Assembly (NCBI GenBank): GCA_965153355.1
Contig: OZ231126.1
Span: 18,414,001-18,478,000 of the forward strand
From: Flaccisagitta enflata
Taxonomy: Eukaryota
Direction: 5' to 3'
Length of the DNA stretch: 64,000 nucleotides
Part shown: in pieces, positions 40,541 through 55,468 of the stretch
How the letters are laid out: every line of letters starts with the position of its first letter
Numbering within the stretch: the first letter of the stretch is position 1
Translations under genes and position numbers: made by a program
The notes under the pieces: model-generated
The model's input: the letters and a program-made list of their open reading frames with translations, nothing else
Database searches by the model: none
Told to the model about the DNA's origin: nothing

Positions 40541-43500
40541 CCTCCTTATAACTATCTCTTTCTCCCACTCTGTACAGTAGCAAAATGAAGGAAAACAAGT
40601 AGCGCGGGTTACAATATCGCAAATGGGTAGGCAAAGGCACCCACCCCCCACCATCCCCCCCCCCCCTCACACATGCCTGGCATCTTATGAGCGGATTTTT
40701 TACACTTTTCATCCTGTGCGTTACAGGAGGACCAACAGCAAGAATTTACCCACACCTTCGGCCTTGGTAACAGAAGAAGTTACATGTTGGGCGCTCTCAT
40801 AGAACGCCCTTCAAAGATTTGGAAGTGGAGACCAAGTATCTGAAAGAGCCCCTGAGAGTATCCAGAAAGTATCTAGATTTTTTTCGCTAGTATCTAGATA
40901 AGTATCCAGATAATGTCTTATTAAAGAATTCGATGTTTACACTGTTATCTGGTAAAAAAGAAAGACAACCAGGCGATGTCCCTTAAAAGATTGACCAATG
41001 TAGAGGAGTTGCAATGAGTCATTGGGCCAAAGGGGTATGACACTTTTTGGGCAGCAGCCCCAAAGGGCCGATAGCCTCTAGGACACAGGGGCTAAAAATT
41101 ATGTACGTCCTTCCATCCGTACGTACCCCCCCCCTCCGAAGCTTCTCAAGCCTCCACGGACTAAAATCCAGCCTCTCAGGCCTCAAATCTGGCCTCTCGG
41201 GCCTCAAATCTGGCCTCTCAGGCCTCAAATCCAGCCTCTCAGGCCCTAAATCCAGCCTCTCAGGCCTCAAATCCAGCCTCTCAGGCCTCAAATCCAGCCT
41301 CTCAGGCCTCAAATTCAGCCTCTTGGGCTTTTAATCCAGCCTCTCAGGCCTCTAATTCCCAATAACATGGCAAATTGACAAAAAATTGAGAAAAATTCCA
41401 AATTCCCAATGAATATTATGGAAAATTACCCCAAATATGCTCTCTCAGGACGTATGGAAATTCACCCGTGTCCTACAGGACATCGGCCCTTTGGGGCCGC
41501 TGCCCTGCTCCCACTCCACCTCTTTAGCTGATTACTCCAAGCTGGTACCGCTGACCGCTGGTACCGCTGACCATGTGCGATCCTTGGATGACTAGTTATC
41601 TATAATCTATAACCTAGCTCGGAAGCTCATAGCTGAACAATGCTGAGAGGGTTGAGCAAAGACATTTAATACTTATTGGATCAGACTGGCTTGTTACAGC
41701 AGGGATAAACAACAGATTTGTTAAGGTTTATAGTCTCATTGCTATTTTGCTCGTAGCCACTACCCTCATATCCCCCCCCCCCAAAAAAAAAAAAAAATAT
41801 GCAGGAAGTATTTTGGCCTCCAGCACCTAATACTTTAAAATGAGGTAGATGGCGACCAGATTTAAAATGGACCACACAGCCATAAAAATTAGCATATCGT
41901 GATTTACAAAGCCGGTCCCTATAGGCACCACTTGATTTGTCACAATGAGGGTGAGTGTGGTAGAGAAATTGTGACCACAAAAACATCAAATAGTAAAGTG
42001 TGATGGACGGACTGAAAGTGATGGATGGACTAGCAGAGAGACCAACAGATAGGCCGATGGATGGACCAACAAATTTGAGTGTAGGGTTGCAGAGCATGCA
42101 ACTGAAAATTGGGTGAGGTGAGAATTGAGAAATATCTCTCTAGTTATTAAAGAAAAAAGAGCCATTCCATAGGTAGACCCACCAATATAAACTGCAAATA
42201 CAGTGAAATTGATTTTGATTTGGGTTGAGGTTGCATTTCCCCCGCCTATTTTTGAAACCCAGTTAAATTGCCGAAAAAATATCACTATTTTCATCATATT
42301 TTACTAAAAACTCCTAAAAACTCCTTTACATAAGGTAAATACATAGTTAGGGTAAAAAATTCATTTTCTTGCTTAGATTTTTTGAAACCCAGTTAAATTG
42401 CTGAAAAAATATCACTATTTTCATCATATTTTACTAAAAACTCCTAAAAACTCCTTTAAATAAGGTAAATACATAGTTAGGGTAAAAGATTCATTTTCTT
42501 GCTAAGATTTTTTGTTTCATATAAGCTAAAGAAAGTTGTTAAAATGCTTCAATGAACGACTTGATGCCACTATGGTATCTAGATACCACTCAGGTATCTA
42601 GATTTGAACTGAATTATCTAGATTTTTTTCTCAAAAGTATCTAGATTAGTATCCAGTATCTAAATAGCTTTTCTGGTATCTAAACACCCCCAAAAAGTAT
42701 CCAGATCTGGATACTAAGTATCTAGTGTGGCGACCGAGCTCCCACGGTTTTGACTTTTTCTTTTTTTATATATTTTAACATAAAAACTCTTATGCTTGAA
42801 ATCTTTTTAAAAAAGCGGGTCCTTCGGTTGGAAGAAACTTTTAGTCTGACAAATAATTTTAGTGGCAAAGAGAAAGAAACAGATGTTGCAGATCTTTAAT
42901 CATAATTTTGTAGTTCCTTATTTAAGGTTTTAAAATCGTTTTGAGAAAAAAACACACAAACGGCAATATGCAAATAAGTCACTCAAGGCCTAGAAAAGAG
43001 ACAAAGCTAAGAACTTTTGCGTTGCGGGTGAATGAATTATGAACAAGACCGGATACACGGCAGGGCAGTTACGGACGGTTGGGTAGGGCTAGTAATGCAA
43101 AAACCACTCGCAATCCAAAAATGTTACGGACGGACGGACCTACCGACCAAAACTGCAAAGTGAAAAAAATATTCATTCTGTAATGATATTGAACCATGAA
43201 CTATAATGGATTATAGCCATAACTTAGATCCAAATTTGTTTATCTTTCTCCTTCATTCATGAATGACGTTGAATGATTACCTGAATTGGTATTGGTACAT
43301 TTGTACAGCTCATAACAATTCTTTTGTGGTGTACTGGTCATATTTTCGTATCCATATTTCGAAGAACTTTAGTGAGTTATTCAGAGGAGAGAAAGAGGAC
43401 CGAATTGAAGAGACAGTGCAGCGGACAGACCGACAAAGTAAAGGACAGACCGACAAAGTAAAGGACTGAATAACAGAGAAGAGGACCGACCAAGAAAATT

Positions 43501-43722
43501 AGAGTTCAGACCGACAAAGGAGGGGACAGACTGACAGAGTAAAAGACAGACCGACAAAGAAGAGGACAAACTAACAGAGGACATACCGACGCGAGGAGTG
43601 GAGCAAATTGGAATTTCGGTCTCAACCTGAAATGTCTCCGAGTTCACGTGATAGATATCCTTCTACAGTCTCGATCGATGGTCTGAATTAATGATGTCCC
43701 CCCGCTCACTCTCGAGAAAGAA

Positions 43723-44306
<584 letters not shown>

Positions 44307-44329
44307 GTGTGTGTGTGTGTGTGTGTGTT

Positions 44330-44419
<90 letters not shown>

Positions 44420-44430
44420 TGTGTGTGTCT

Positions 44431-44461
<31 letters not shown>

Positions 44462-44521
44462 CGTGCGTGCGCGTGCGTGCGTGCGTGCGTGCGTGTGTGT
44501 GTGTGTGTGTGTGTGTCTGTG

Positions 44522-47460
44522 TGAGGTGTATCAAAACGGCCTCTAGGCTTCAGATCGTCTGTGCCGCGGTTTTGGGCACGGGGTGGGTGTGGTAGAACAC
44601 GAAAATACCCTTGGGGGGCTTCCCAAAGTGATCCTGTGAGTAGTCCACCACTTAAAAGGTTGAAAAAATGGCCCCAAAATGAGCCAAAGCTGGTTGGGAC
44701 CTGTCAACTTCAAATTTTTTTTTGCTAGCCTGTTTATGATGAATAAGCACATTTTTTGGACTCATTGGGGAGCAAAAACATATAAGAGGATAGTGGGATG
44801 AGTGGGTGAGGGGGGTGCCCCATGGGGTGGGGGCAAGGGGGTCAAATTGGCCAAAATTCAGGTCCTGATGGAGGTGGTCTTAAAAAATGACGAAAATTAA
44901 AAATATCAATTTTTTTGGTCAAATAATGTTGTAACTTGATGGTTTTAGCCAAAAAACCAAATCTAAATTGGAATTTTGGTTGAAAAATGCCAAATTACAG
45001 TTGTGGTGGTTGTTGGTGATTTTGGGGTTTTAACCATTCAACTTTGAAAGCTCATATCTTTTACACTGTTGGGAGAAAATATTTTTGGCCGGTCTCATTC
45101 AAAAAAGCATAAAAAAATCTTTCAGAATCTCATAAATTTTGTCCAGTTTCATTCAGAAATGGCGCTACAGTGATCTCTCAAAGTACAGTGAAAATTGTGT
45201 ATTTCAGGTGTTTGAACAATCTCATTTCGTTGAGCTATTTCTTCCAAGGAAATGGAGATAAAAATCGAAATATCAAATTTTTTGATCAAATTATGTTGCA
45301 ACTCAATGATAATAGCCAAAAAACCAGAAGTGAATTGGAATTTTGGTGGAAAAATGCCAAATTACAGTTGTGGTGGTTGTTGGTGATTTTGGGGTAATAT
45401 CCATTCAAATTTGAAAGCTTATATCTTTTACACGGTTGGAAGAAAATATTTTGGGCCGGTCTCATTCAAAAAAGTATAAAAAAGTCTTTCAGAATCTCAT
45501 AAATTTTGTCCAGTTTCCTTCAGAAATGGCGCTACAGTGATCTCTCAAAGTACAGTGAAAATTGTGTAATTCAGATGTTTGAACAATCTCATTTTGTTGA
45601 GCTATTTCTTTCAAGGAAATGGAGATGAAAATCGAAATATAAAATTTTTTGATCAAATTATGTTAATAAATTATGATAATAGCCAAAAAACCAGAAGTGT
45701 ATTGGAATTTTGGTGGAAAAATGCCAAACTACAGTTGTGGTGGTTGTTGGTGATGTTGGTGTTTTAACCATTCAAATTCGAAAGCTTATATCTATTACAC
45801 AGTTGGGAGAAAATATTTTTGGCCGGTCTCATCCAAAAAAGCATGAAAAAATCTTTCAGAATCTCATGAATTTTTTTTTCCAGTTCCCTTCAGAAATGGC
45901 GCTACAGTAATCTCTCAGAGTATAGTGAAAATTGTGTTTTTCAGGTGTTTGAACAATCTCATTTTGTTGAGCTATTTCTTTTAAGGAAATGGAGATAAAA
46001 ATCGAAATGTCAAATTTTTTGGTCAAATGAGTTACAACTTAATGATAATAGCCAAAAAAACAGAAGTGAATTGGAGTTTTGGTTGAAAAATGCCAAATTA
46101 CAGTTGAGGTGGTTGTTGGTGATTTTGGGGTTTTAACCATTAAACTTTGAAAGCTCCTATCTTTTACACAGTTGGGAGAAAATATTTTTGGCCAGTCTCA
46201 TTCAAACAAGGCCGGATACACGGCCAATAAGCAGTCGCTGGTGGGTGGGCAGGGGCAGTACACTCAGGGGCAGGGGCAGTCAATCATTGGGCAGGGGCTA
46301 AATTTTTGGGTGGGCAGGGGCTGTTATGCTCAGAAATCACAAATACTGTTATAACGGATCCATGAGTAATCAAAGACAAGATTGAGTCACCATTTTTTGA
46401 CTTTTAAAGAAATACATCACTTTACATAGCAATTCAAGAAAATTCAGGTTTTAACAGAAATTGAAAGGTGCTCTTAACCAGCTTAGAATGATCAATACTT
46501 AAAATACAAAATGAAACACGATCTTCATCCATATTGTCTTTAAGGCTATCGTTGCTTCAAAATGAAGTTACCCTGAATTTTTTTTAGTCGCGTGCTACGC
46601 GACTCTACAACCCGCTTTGTCGGTCCGTCTGTCGGTCCGTCCGTCCGTCCGTCCGTCCGTCACACTTTACTTTTTTTGGTTTTTTGCGGTTTTTGGCCTC
46701 ACTGCTCCTGCCCAAATGATGGAGTGACCTCAATTATGGCCCCTGCCCACCCGCACGCGACTGGGGTAGCCGTGTATCAGGCCTTGTTTCTTTTATAGAA
46801 TGTCAAATACTAGTGTAAGAAACCCCTTCAAAAAATTTCAGAAAATTGAAAAAAAAACAAATATAGGCAATTTTTCAGACGCTCGCTAGCCTGACTGGGG
46901 CAAGGGAGGAAGCTGAAATTTTTACTGATGATAGACAAGACATGTGGCCAGGGTAGACCCAGGGTGGCAGAAAATTCTATAGGTCCGAGGCACGCTTTTT
47001 TTCCAATGCTATAAGTCCAACTTTTGAAGTTTCTCTCAGATGGTCAAATACCACTTTTTTTTTCATTCTTAGCTGTTGAGAAGCAATACAAAGACAACAA
47101 GGTGTTTTATAGTTTTTAGTGGCTGGCGTTAAGTAGATAAAACAAAACTAAAACATAAAAATTCAACGAAAAAAAAATGTTACTCATATGGATACATTGA
47201 GCCCTGTCATTCGAATAAATTGATTTGAATTTTAGGTTATTTCATTCAATACAATTTCATTCAATAAATCAGTGGCGATTTGAGAAAAAAAAGAGCCCTG
47301 TCATTTCCTTAAAATTTAGTTCAGAAGCAAAAAACAGATGATTTAGCCTTAGAAACAAGAGACAAGACAACAGTTGACTTTAATTTTCTAATTCGATCTC
47401 CACTCAAAAAATGCCATCCCATGGGCCACATTTCACCTAAGTTTGAGTCCTTCCTTTTCC

Positions 47461-47519
<59 letters not shown>

Positions 47520-50066
47520 CCGCCCCCCTTTTTTCCTCCCTTTTTCCTCCCTCAAATCTATAAGTCCGACTCTTGATCTAAAGGTCCGAGGAACGACGTT
47601 CCCGGCGTTCCCCTATTTCCGCCACCCTGGTAATATTTAAATTTTATTATTTTACATACAATAAATCCAAGAAGAAATCTGTAAAATGTAACCATAAAGA
47701 GGCTAGTAGCGTTTTTGAGAATTTGTTCCAGGTCTACCCTGGCCACATGTCTTCTCTTTCTTCCGTAAAAATTTCAGCTTCCTACGTTGCCCCAGTCAGG
47801 CTAGCGAACGTCTAGAAAATTACCATCATGCACTGATACATTAAAAATTTTCATTTCTTCCCCTTTATCTAACCAAAGCATTCTTGATTTTGTTTTTGCT
47901 TTGTTATTCGGGTCAGGCCAGTGCTATACAGTCGAAAATTGAAAGAGAGACCCTCAGTACACATATTAGTCCAATCATCATGAAAACAGATTTTCAATTT
48001 GTCGCCTATCTTGAGGAAATGTAAGCCTTAAGCTACTCCACTTTTGGCCTCTTGGCTTGCATTTTACATTTGGTCTTTGCATTGAAGATGTTTGCAAAAA
48101 ACTTTGCCCGTGTTTCGGGTTGTTGAGAGCCAGAATCCTGAAATTATCAATCAATTCGTTCACATGGGAAAATTTTCAAAATCGCTGCCTAAAGAGTTAA
48201 TTGGGATTTGAAATTGACACCAACAGATTTTTTCTGTCTCAAAAGATATAGCTGGACAAAAGGGGATGAGTCTAATACCGAAATCATTCACTTTTACTGT
48301 ACCTTTGAGATATCACTGTATTGCCATTATTGAATGAAAATGGACCAAATTCATGAGCTTCTGAAAGATTTTTCAATGCTCTTTTCGATGAGACTAGCCA
48401 AAAATATTTTCTCCAAATCGTTTAAAAGATATGCGCCTCAAAACAAGGGATGGATCAAACATATGGAAAAATGCTTTTCACTGTACTTTGAGATATCACT
48501 GTAGCACCATTTCTGAATAAGTCTAGACCAAATCCACGAGGTTCTGAAAGAATTCAAAAAGATCTTTCAAATGAGACCAACCGTGTACTTCAATCTGCAT
48601 TAACTTAGTCCATATAGCTTGACAAAGCCTGACGAAGTCAAACACCCAAAAAGACAATTTTCACTATACTCTGAGAGATTACTGTAGCGCCATTTCTGAA
48701 GGAAACTGGAAAAAAATTTATGAGATTCTGAAAGATTTTTTCATGCTTTTTTGGATGAGACCGGCCAAAAATATTTTCTCCCAACTGTGTAAAAGATATA
48801 AGCTTTCAAATTTGAATGGTTAAAACCCCAAAATCACCAACAACCACCACAACTGTAATTTGGCATTTTTCCACCAAAATTCCAATTCACTTCTGGTTTT
48901 TTGGCTATTATCATTAAGTTGCAACATAATTTGATCAAAAAATTTTATATTTCGATTTTTATCTCCATTTCCTTGGAAGAAATAGCTCAACAAAATGAGA
49001 TTGTTCAAACACCTGAATTACACAATTTTCACTGTACTTTGAGAGATCACTGTAGCGCCATTTCTGAAGGAAACTGGACAAAATTTATGAGATTCTGAAA
49101 GATTTTTTTATGCTTTTTTGAATGAGACCGGCCAAAAATATTTTCTCCCAACCGTGTAAAAGATATAAGCTTTCAAAGCTGAATGGTTATTACCCCAAAA
49201 TCTCCAACAACCACCACAACTGTAATTTGGCATTTTTCCACCAAAATTCCAATTCACTTCTGGTTTTTTGGCTATTATCATTGAGTTGCAACATAATTTG
49301 ATCAAAAAATTTGATATTTCGATTTTTATCTCCATTTCCTTGGAAGAAATAGCTCAACGAAATGAGATTGTTCAAACACCTGAAATACACAATTTTCACT
49401 GTACTTTAAGAGATCACTGTAGGGCCATTTCTGAATGAAACTGGACAAAATTTATGAGATTCTAAAAAAACTTTTTATGCTTTTTTGAATGAGACCAGCC
49501 AAAAATATTTTCTCCCAACAGTGTAAAAGATATGAGCTTTCAAAGTTGAATGGTTAAAACCCGAAAATCATCAACAACCACCACAACTGTAATTTAGCAT
49601 TTTTCAACCAAAATTCCAATTTAGATTTGGTTTTTTGGCTAAAACCATCAAGTTACAACATTATTTGACCAAAAAAATTGATATTTTTAATTTTCGTCAT
49701 TTTTTACAACCACCTCCATCAGGACCTGAATTTTGGCCAATTTGACCCCCTTGCCCCCACCCCATGGGGCACCCCCCTCACCCACTCATCCCACTTCCCT
49801 CTTATATGTTTTTGCTCCCCAATGAGTCCAAAAAATGTACTTATTCATCAAAAACAGGCTAGCAAAAAAAAAATTTGAAGTTGACAGGTCACCACCAGCT
49901 TTGGCTCATTTTGGGGCCATTTTTTCAACCTTTTAAGTGGTGGACTACTCACAGGACCACTTTGGGAAGCCCCCCAAGGGTATTTTTGTGTTCTACCACA
50001 CCCACCCCGTGCCCAAAACCGCGGCACAGACGATCTGAAGCCTAGAGGCCGTTTTGATACACCTCA
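44522..50066. mobile_element. Non-autonomous foldback (MULE/FB-like) element with long inverted arms and a 9-bp TSD
   Basis: Termini TGAGGTGTATCAAAACGGCC ... GGCCGTTTTGATACACCTCA. Arms about 44522-46205 and 48655-50066 contain ~367-bp tandem units. GTGTCTGTG lies at 44513-44521 and 50067-50075. No transposase ORF seen. Confidence 0.85.
46585..46788 (+). mobile_element. DINE-1/HINE-like (Helentron-associated) short element, family 1, representative copy
   Basis: 5' TAGTCGCGTGC..CGCGACTCTA hairpin, (GTCC/GTCG)n tract, subterminal inverted GCACGCGACT, 3' GCCGTGTATC.GGCCTTGTT, inserted in T-runs. Other copies near 12846-12982, 15407-15565, 16086-16279, 35881-36092, 50360-50648, 56068-56250, 60170-60335, 62490-62652. 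Confidence 0.7.
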
Positions 50067-50076
50067 GTGTCTGTGT

Positions 50077-50172
<96 letters not shown>

Positions 50173-50822
50173 GTGCGTGCGTGGCGTGCGTGAGTGATAG
50201 ACTGACAGACAGAGACAGAAAGACAAGCAGATTAATGAATACACAGACAGATTCCGTATCCAAGGAATGCGGAAATTATTCTCCATTCAGATCATGCCTA
50301 AACCATGCCTAGGAAGCTCAATGTTCCGTTTTCGATTTTCTTTTTCGCCTTTTTTCTTTTTAGTCGCAAGCTACGCGACTCTACACCCCGCTATGCCGGT
50401 CGGTCGGTTGGTCGGTCAGTCGGTTGGTCGGTCGGTCGGTTGGTCGGTCGGTCGGTCAGTCGGTTGGTCGGTCGGTCGGTCGATCGGTCGGTCGGTCGGT
50501 CGGTCGGTCGGTCGGTCGGTCGGTCGGTCGGTCGGTCGGTTGGTCGGTCGGTCGGTCGGTCGGTCGGTTGGTTGGTCGGTCGGTCCTCTTTTTACTTTTT
50601 TTGCCCATCCGCACGCGACTAGGGTAGCCGTGCATCCGGCCTTGTTTTCTTTAATTTTGCTCTTTTTTTTTTCTTTTTTTCTTTCTTTTTGTTTTTTGTT
50701 GTTTTTTGTTTGTCGGTGAAGCGGTTACTAGTTGATGCGAGCAGCTCTTGTGCACATGACTAGTTCACTTACAGGCACACACACAAACACACACAAACAT
50801 ACGTACACACGGACACAAACAT

Positions 50823-50918
<96 letters not shown>

Positions 50919-51129
50919 ACCATACACTTGTGTGGTTAATCATATTTCCAACACTCAGCAGCTACGCTTTCAGTCTTTGTTTCCAGTCGGCATGACCTTT
51001 GATAAAGAGGCAGTTAACAAATCACATTCGATCTGAATCACGTGATCTGAATCAAGTGGTCAAAATATGGAACAATATCAACTCAACGCGAGACATCGAG
51101 CGAGACCAATATCCAGGAAAGATGGATCC

Positions 51130-53157
51130 TCATGTACCCCGCCCTCATGTACCCCAAAATGAGAAACTGGCTCTATATAGTGGGATTTTTTAATATGTAC
51201 CCTCCATGTACCCCTACACAATAGCCTGGAGATTGATCTCTCATGTACCCTAAGTTATGCTCATGTACCTTTCATTGAAACTGGGGATTGATCCCTCATG
51301 TACCCAAAGTAACCCTTATGTACCCCTTTTATTGAGAGTGGGTTTCAATCTTTCATGTACCCCTCATGTACCCCCTTCTATTCTCCATGTACCCTTCATT
51401 GAGACTGGGTTTTGATCTCTCATGTACCCCTCATGTACCCCCTTTGCTTCTCCATGTACCCTTCATTGAGACTGGGGTTTGATCTCTCATGTACCCCCCA
51501 TGTACCCCCTTTGATTCTCCATCAACCAATGCAAATTCCATGTTACATGACATGACATGCTATCTCGGAAACCGTTGATCGTAGAGCTTTCTAAGTGTCA
51601 CCAAAAGTTCCATTTGACAACTAGATGTAAGTTGATGTTAGACATGTCACAACATAAGCTGAGATAAATAGTTCCAGAGTAATGATGTAAAAACTGAAAC
51701 TCACCATAATATGCAAATGAGGAGAGCCTTTATTGAGACTGGGTTTCGATCTTTCATGTACCCCTCATGTACCCCATTCCATTCTCCATGTACCCTTCAT
51801 TGAGATTGGGGTTTGATCTCTCATGTACCCCTTATGTACCCCCTTTGCTTTTTCATGTACCCTACAATGAGACTGGGTTTCGATCTCTCATGTACCCCTC
51901 ATGTACCCCCTTCTCTTCTCTATGTACCCTTCATTGAGACTGGGTTTCAATCTCCCATGTACCCCTCATGTACCCCCTTTCTTTTCTCCATGTACCCTCA
52001 TTGACACTGGGTTTTGATCTCTCATGTACCCCTCATGTACCCCCTCTTTATCTCCATGTACCCTACAATGAGACTGGGTTTCGATCTCTCATGTACCCCT
52101 CATGTACCCCCTTCTCTTCTCTATGTACCCTTCATTGAGACTGGGTTTTGATCTCTCATGTACCCCTCATGTACCCCCTTTGCTTCTTCAAGTACCCTAC
52201 AATGAGACTGGGTTTTGATCTCTCATGTACCCCTCATGTACCCCCTTCTCTTTTCTATGTACCCTTCATTGAGACTGGGTTTCGATCTCTCATGTACCCC
52301 TCATGTACCCCCTTTCTTTTCTCCATGTACCCTTTTTGAGACTGGGTTTTGAGCTCTCATGTACCCCTCATGTACCCCCTTCTTATCTCCATGTACCCTT
52401 CATTGAGGTTGGGTTTTGATCTCTCATGTACCCCTCATGTACCCCATTCCATTCTCAATGTACCCTTCATTGAGACTGGGGTTCGATCTCTCATGTACCC
52501 CTCATGTACCCCCTCCTTATCTCCATGTATCCTTCATTGAGACTGGGTTTCGATCTCTCATGTACCCCTCATGTACCCCCGTTGTTTCTCCATGTACCCT
52601 ACAATGAGACTGGGTTTTGATCTCTCATGTACCCCTCATGTACCCCATTCCATTCTCAATATGCCCTTCATTGAGACTGGGGTTTGATCTCCCATGTACC
52701 CCTCATGTACCCCCTTTCTTTTCTCCATGTACCCTTCATTGACACTGGGTTTTGATCTCTCATGTACCCCTCATGTACCCCCTCTTTATCTCCATGTACC
52801 CTACAATGAGACTGGGTTTCGATCTCTCATGTACCCCTCATGTACCCCCTTCTCTTCTCTATGTACCCTCTATTGAGACTGGGTTTCGATCTCTCATGTA
52901 CCCCTCATGTACCCCCTTTGCTTCTTCAAGTACCCTACAATGAGACTGGGTTTTGATCTCTCATGTACCCCTCATGTACCCCATTCCATTCTCAATGTAC
53001 CCTTTATTGAGACTGGGGTTTGATCTCCCATGTACCCCTCATGTACCCCCTTTCTTTTCTCCATGTACCCTTCATTGACACTGGGTTTTGATCTCTCATG
53101 TACCCCTCATGTACCCCCTGTTTATCTCCATGTACCCTAGAATGAGACTGGGTTTGA
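51130..53157. repeat. 67-bp tandem satellite (gagactgggtttcgatctctcatgtacccctcatgtaccccc...)
   Basis: Units at 51735, 51802, 51869, 51936 and onward; interrupted at about 51525-51730. Confidence 0.9.
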
Positions 53158-54091
53158 TCCTAATGATGATTGAAATTCATGTATTTACAGCAAAAGTACT
53201 TTACTGATTCAGTTTTTGATGTTTTTAAACCAATTTTGGAAATTTGGACTTTGATCTTATTTGCATATTACCATTATGCGTTTTTTGCTATTATCTCAAG
53301 AGTTTCTCTTAGTAGATCAATGAAATTGATACCTGACCTATATTTTACTTTAAGACACTAGTTCAAATGTTTGGGATGGGTGTCTATTTTTTTTTCATTT
53401 TTTTAGATATTTCCATCCTGGGAATCTGACCGTATACTATGTTTACCATTGCAGATAGCTTCAGATCATTTGAATTAGGCTTTACTACCTTTAATCTAAG
53501 TAATCTAACTGGCCTTCATCATTTCTATTGAAACAATCTAAAGCGAATTCCGTAATTCTACCACGTAAACCTGTATCATATGATACAGGTTTATTTTGAT
53601 TAAGATTTTAGCTTTTAATTAAAACGATCATGAATTATTGCAGGTGTTTATGCATTACCACTTGGATCAAAAAAAAAGACGCACCTATCTATGAATTGAT
53701 AAAACAGATAAAAAAAATAATTTTAGCTATATACAAGAGAGACATTTTAAAAGATTTTCAAAAAATCTTTCATTCTAGACCAATCCCAGATCTGTATCTC
53801 AAACGGTTTGGGAGCTAGAGCTCTGCAAAGAGAAGCACTATTTTGCTAAAATGCACTTTTTCATAGGGATTCGAAACTGAAGTAGGCAATGTTTTTACTC
53901 AAACTGATACCATTTCTTAACGAAAAAAGATAACAATACCTGAATTGCGCCAAATGAAAGTACTTTCAAAGGGCTTCAAAATGATCTAAGATTTTCTATA
54001 GTTTTTTGAAGATTTATTGGCTAAATTAACCATTTAAAAGTGCGTCTTTTTTTTTTTATTCGCGTGGTACAATTCCATCTGTTCCTCTTAC

Positions 54092-54225
54092 CTTCTAGTT
54101 GTCTATCAATCCTCTGTTGCGATTCCATGTTTTTCATTCTTATTACTTGTTTTTGTTCTATCGCTACCGTAGTATCATTATCAAGTTCTTTAAACAGTGC
54201 AACAAGACGTTTTGCAGACGACAAG
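54092..54225 (-). CDS. Orphan internal exon: LSSAKRLVALFKELDNDTTVAIEQKQVIRMKNMESQQRIDRQLE(G)
   Basis: Strong acceptor ttttctgttttgtttcAG and donor G|GTaaga; 134 nt, a single open frame (phase 2 to 1); helical composition. Parent gene unknown. Confidence 0.65.
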
Positions 54226-55091
54226 CTGAAACAAAACAGAAAAAAAAATCATTTGATGTTTGGGGGAAAAAGTCGAATTCAGTCGACTTTTTGACATATT
54301 CCAGAGAAACATGGTCTTCATTTTCTTATTAGAAAGTTGAGTATCTCATTAGGTAGATTGAGGTCTCCAATGAAATTGATAGGGTAAGTAAATTTTACAA
54401 TTCTCTACGAAAAATATTTTTTGAGTTATTTTTTTAAAGATTTATTTACAAAAAATTCAAATATTTACAAAAAATTCAAATTGATTTTTTTTTCAATTTT
54501 TTATGATTATATGTAGGATCAATTGATTGAGCATGCAAATACCAGAACACCCTCGATTATCGGCGGAAATACAATGGAGTTTGCAAGACAACTCCACAAA
54601 TGCGGTTGTTAATTTCTGGTCTTACGGTCAAATCAGAATCTCATGAACAAAATTCAAGTTTTCCTTCACAACATCAAAAATAGCAATTCAGAGCAGATGT
54701 AATGTATGAACGCACCAACAGACAGACCAACCAATGTAATGACCAACTTCTGAAAAAAAACCCTCCTAAAAATGTTTTTCCGAGCAAGATTGGGCTTTGC
54801 ATTGAGACTTGTTATGTTGTAAAGCGCTAGAGTCCTGCAAGCCATAGAGCCTTAGAGACACAGAAGCATTTCATGACGTTTTGTCTTTGAAAAAGGTGCC
54901 AGAGATAAATTTTGATTGAAGAAGGAACTTGTTACCAATAAACTACCAAATAAAATTAAGATACAACCGCATTGATGGAGTTTTTGCAGTACTTTACTCT
55001 ATTTCCGATAAAGAGCCAAATTGAGGAGCGTGGGAAAACATGTTTATGCGCATACTATCTTGCTAATATGTATATCGACAAGCCTAATGGG

Positions 55092-55468
55092 CAGGCCTGA
55101 TTTTAGAGCGAGCCCGCGAGCCCGATGCTCTCTATTTTGCTCTCGGGCTCTCATGTTTTGCAAGCTCTGAGCCCGGCGGGCTCTCTCTCATCGGGAATCG
55201 GGATGGATTCAAAACACTCAAGCTGATTGAGGAAAGCATTTGGTCTTGAGTCGTTATTCGATTTTCTCACAAATTGAAATACCGTAGTGGTGACTAATTT
55301 ATCATTACATCAAAAAAACAGTGGCGGTTGTTACATATCTAGGCTAATATTATAGTAATATTGGGCACAACGTTTTTACCGGGCTCATAGTTTTCCCATC
55401 GGGCTCTGTCAAATTGTGAGGAGCGAGCCCGACTGGCTCAGTCAAAAAAATCACTAAAATCAGGCCTG
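55092..55468. mobile_element. Second copy of the CAGGCCTGATTTTA hAT-type MITE
   Basis: Perfect TIRs and internal gagccc/gggctc motifs shared with 35602-36185; TSD not evident. Confidence 0.75.
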
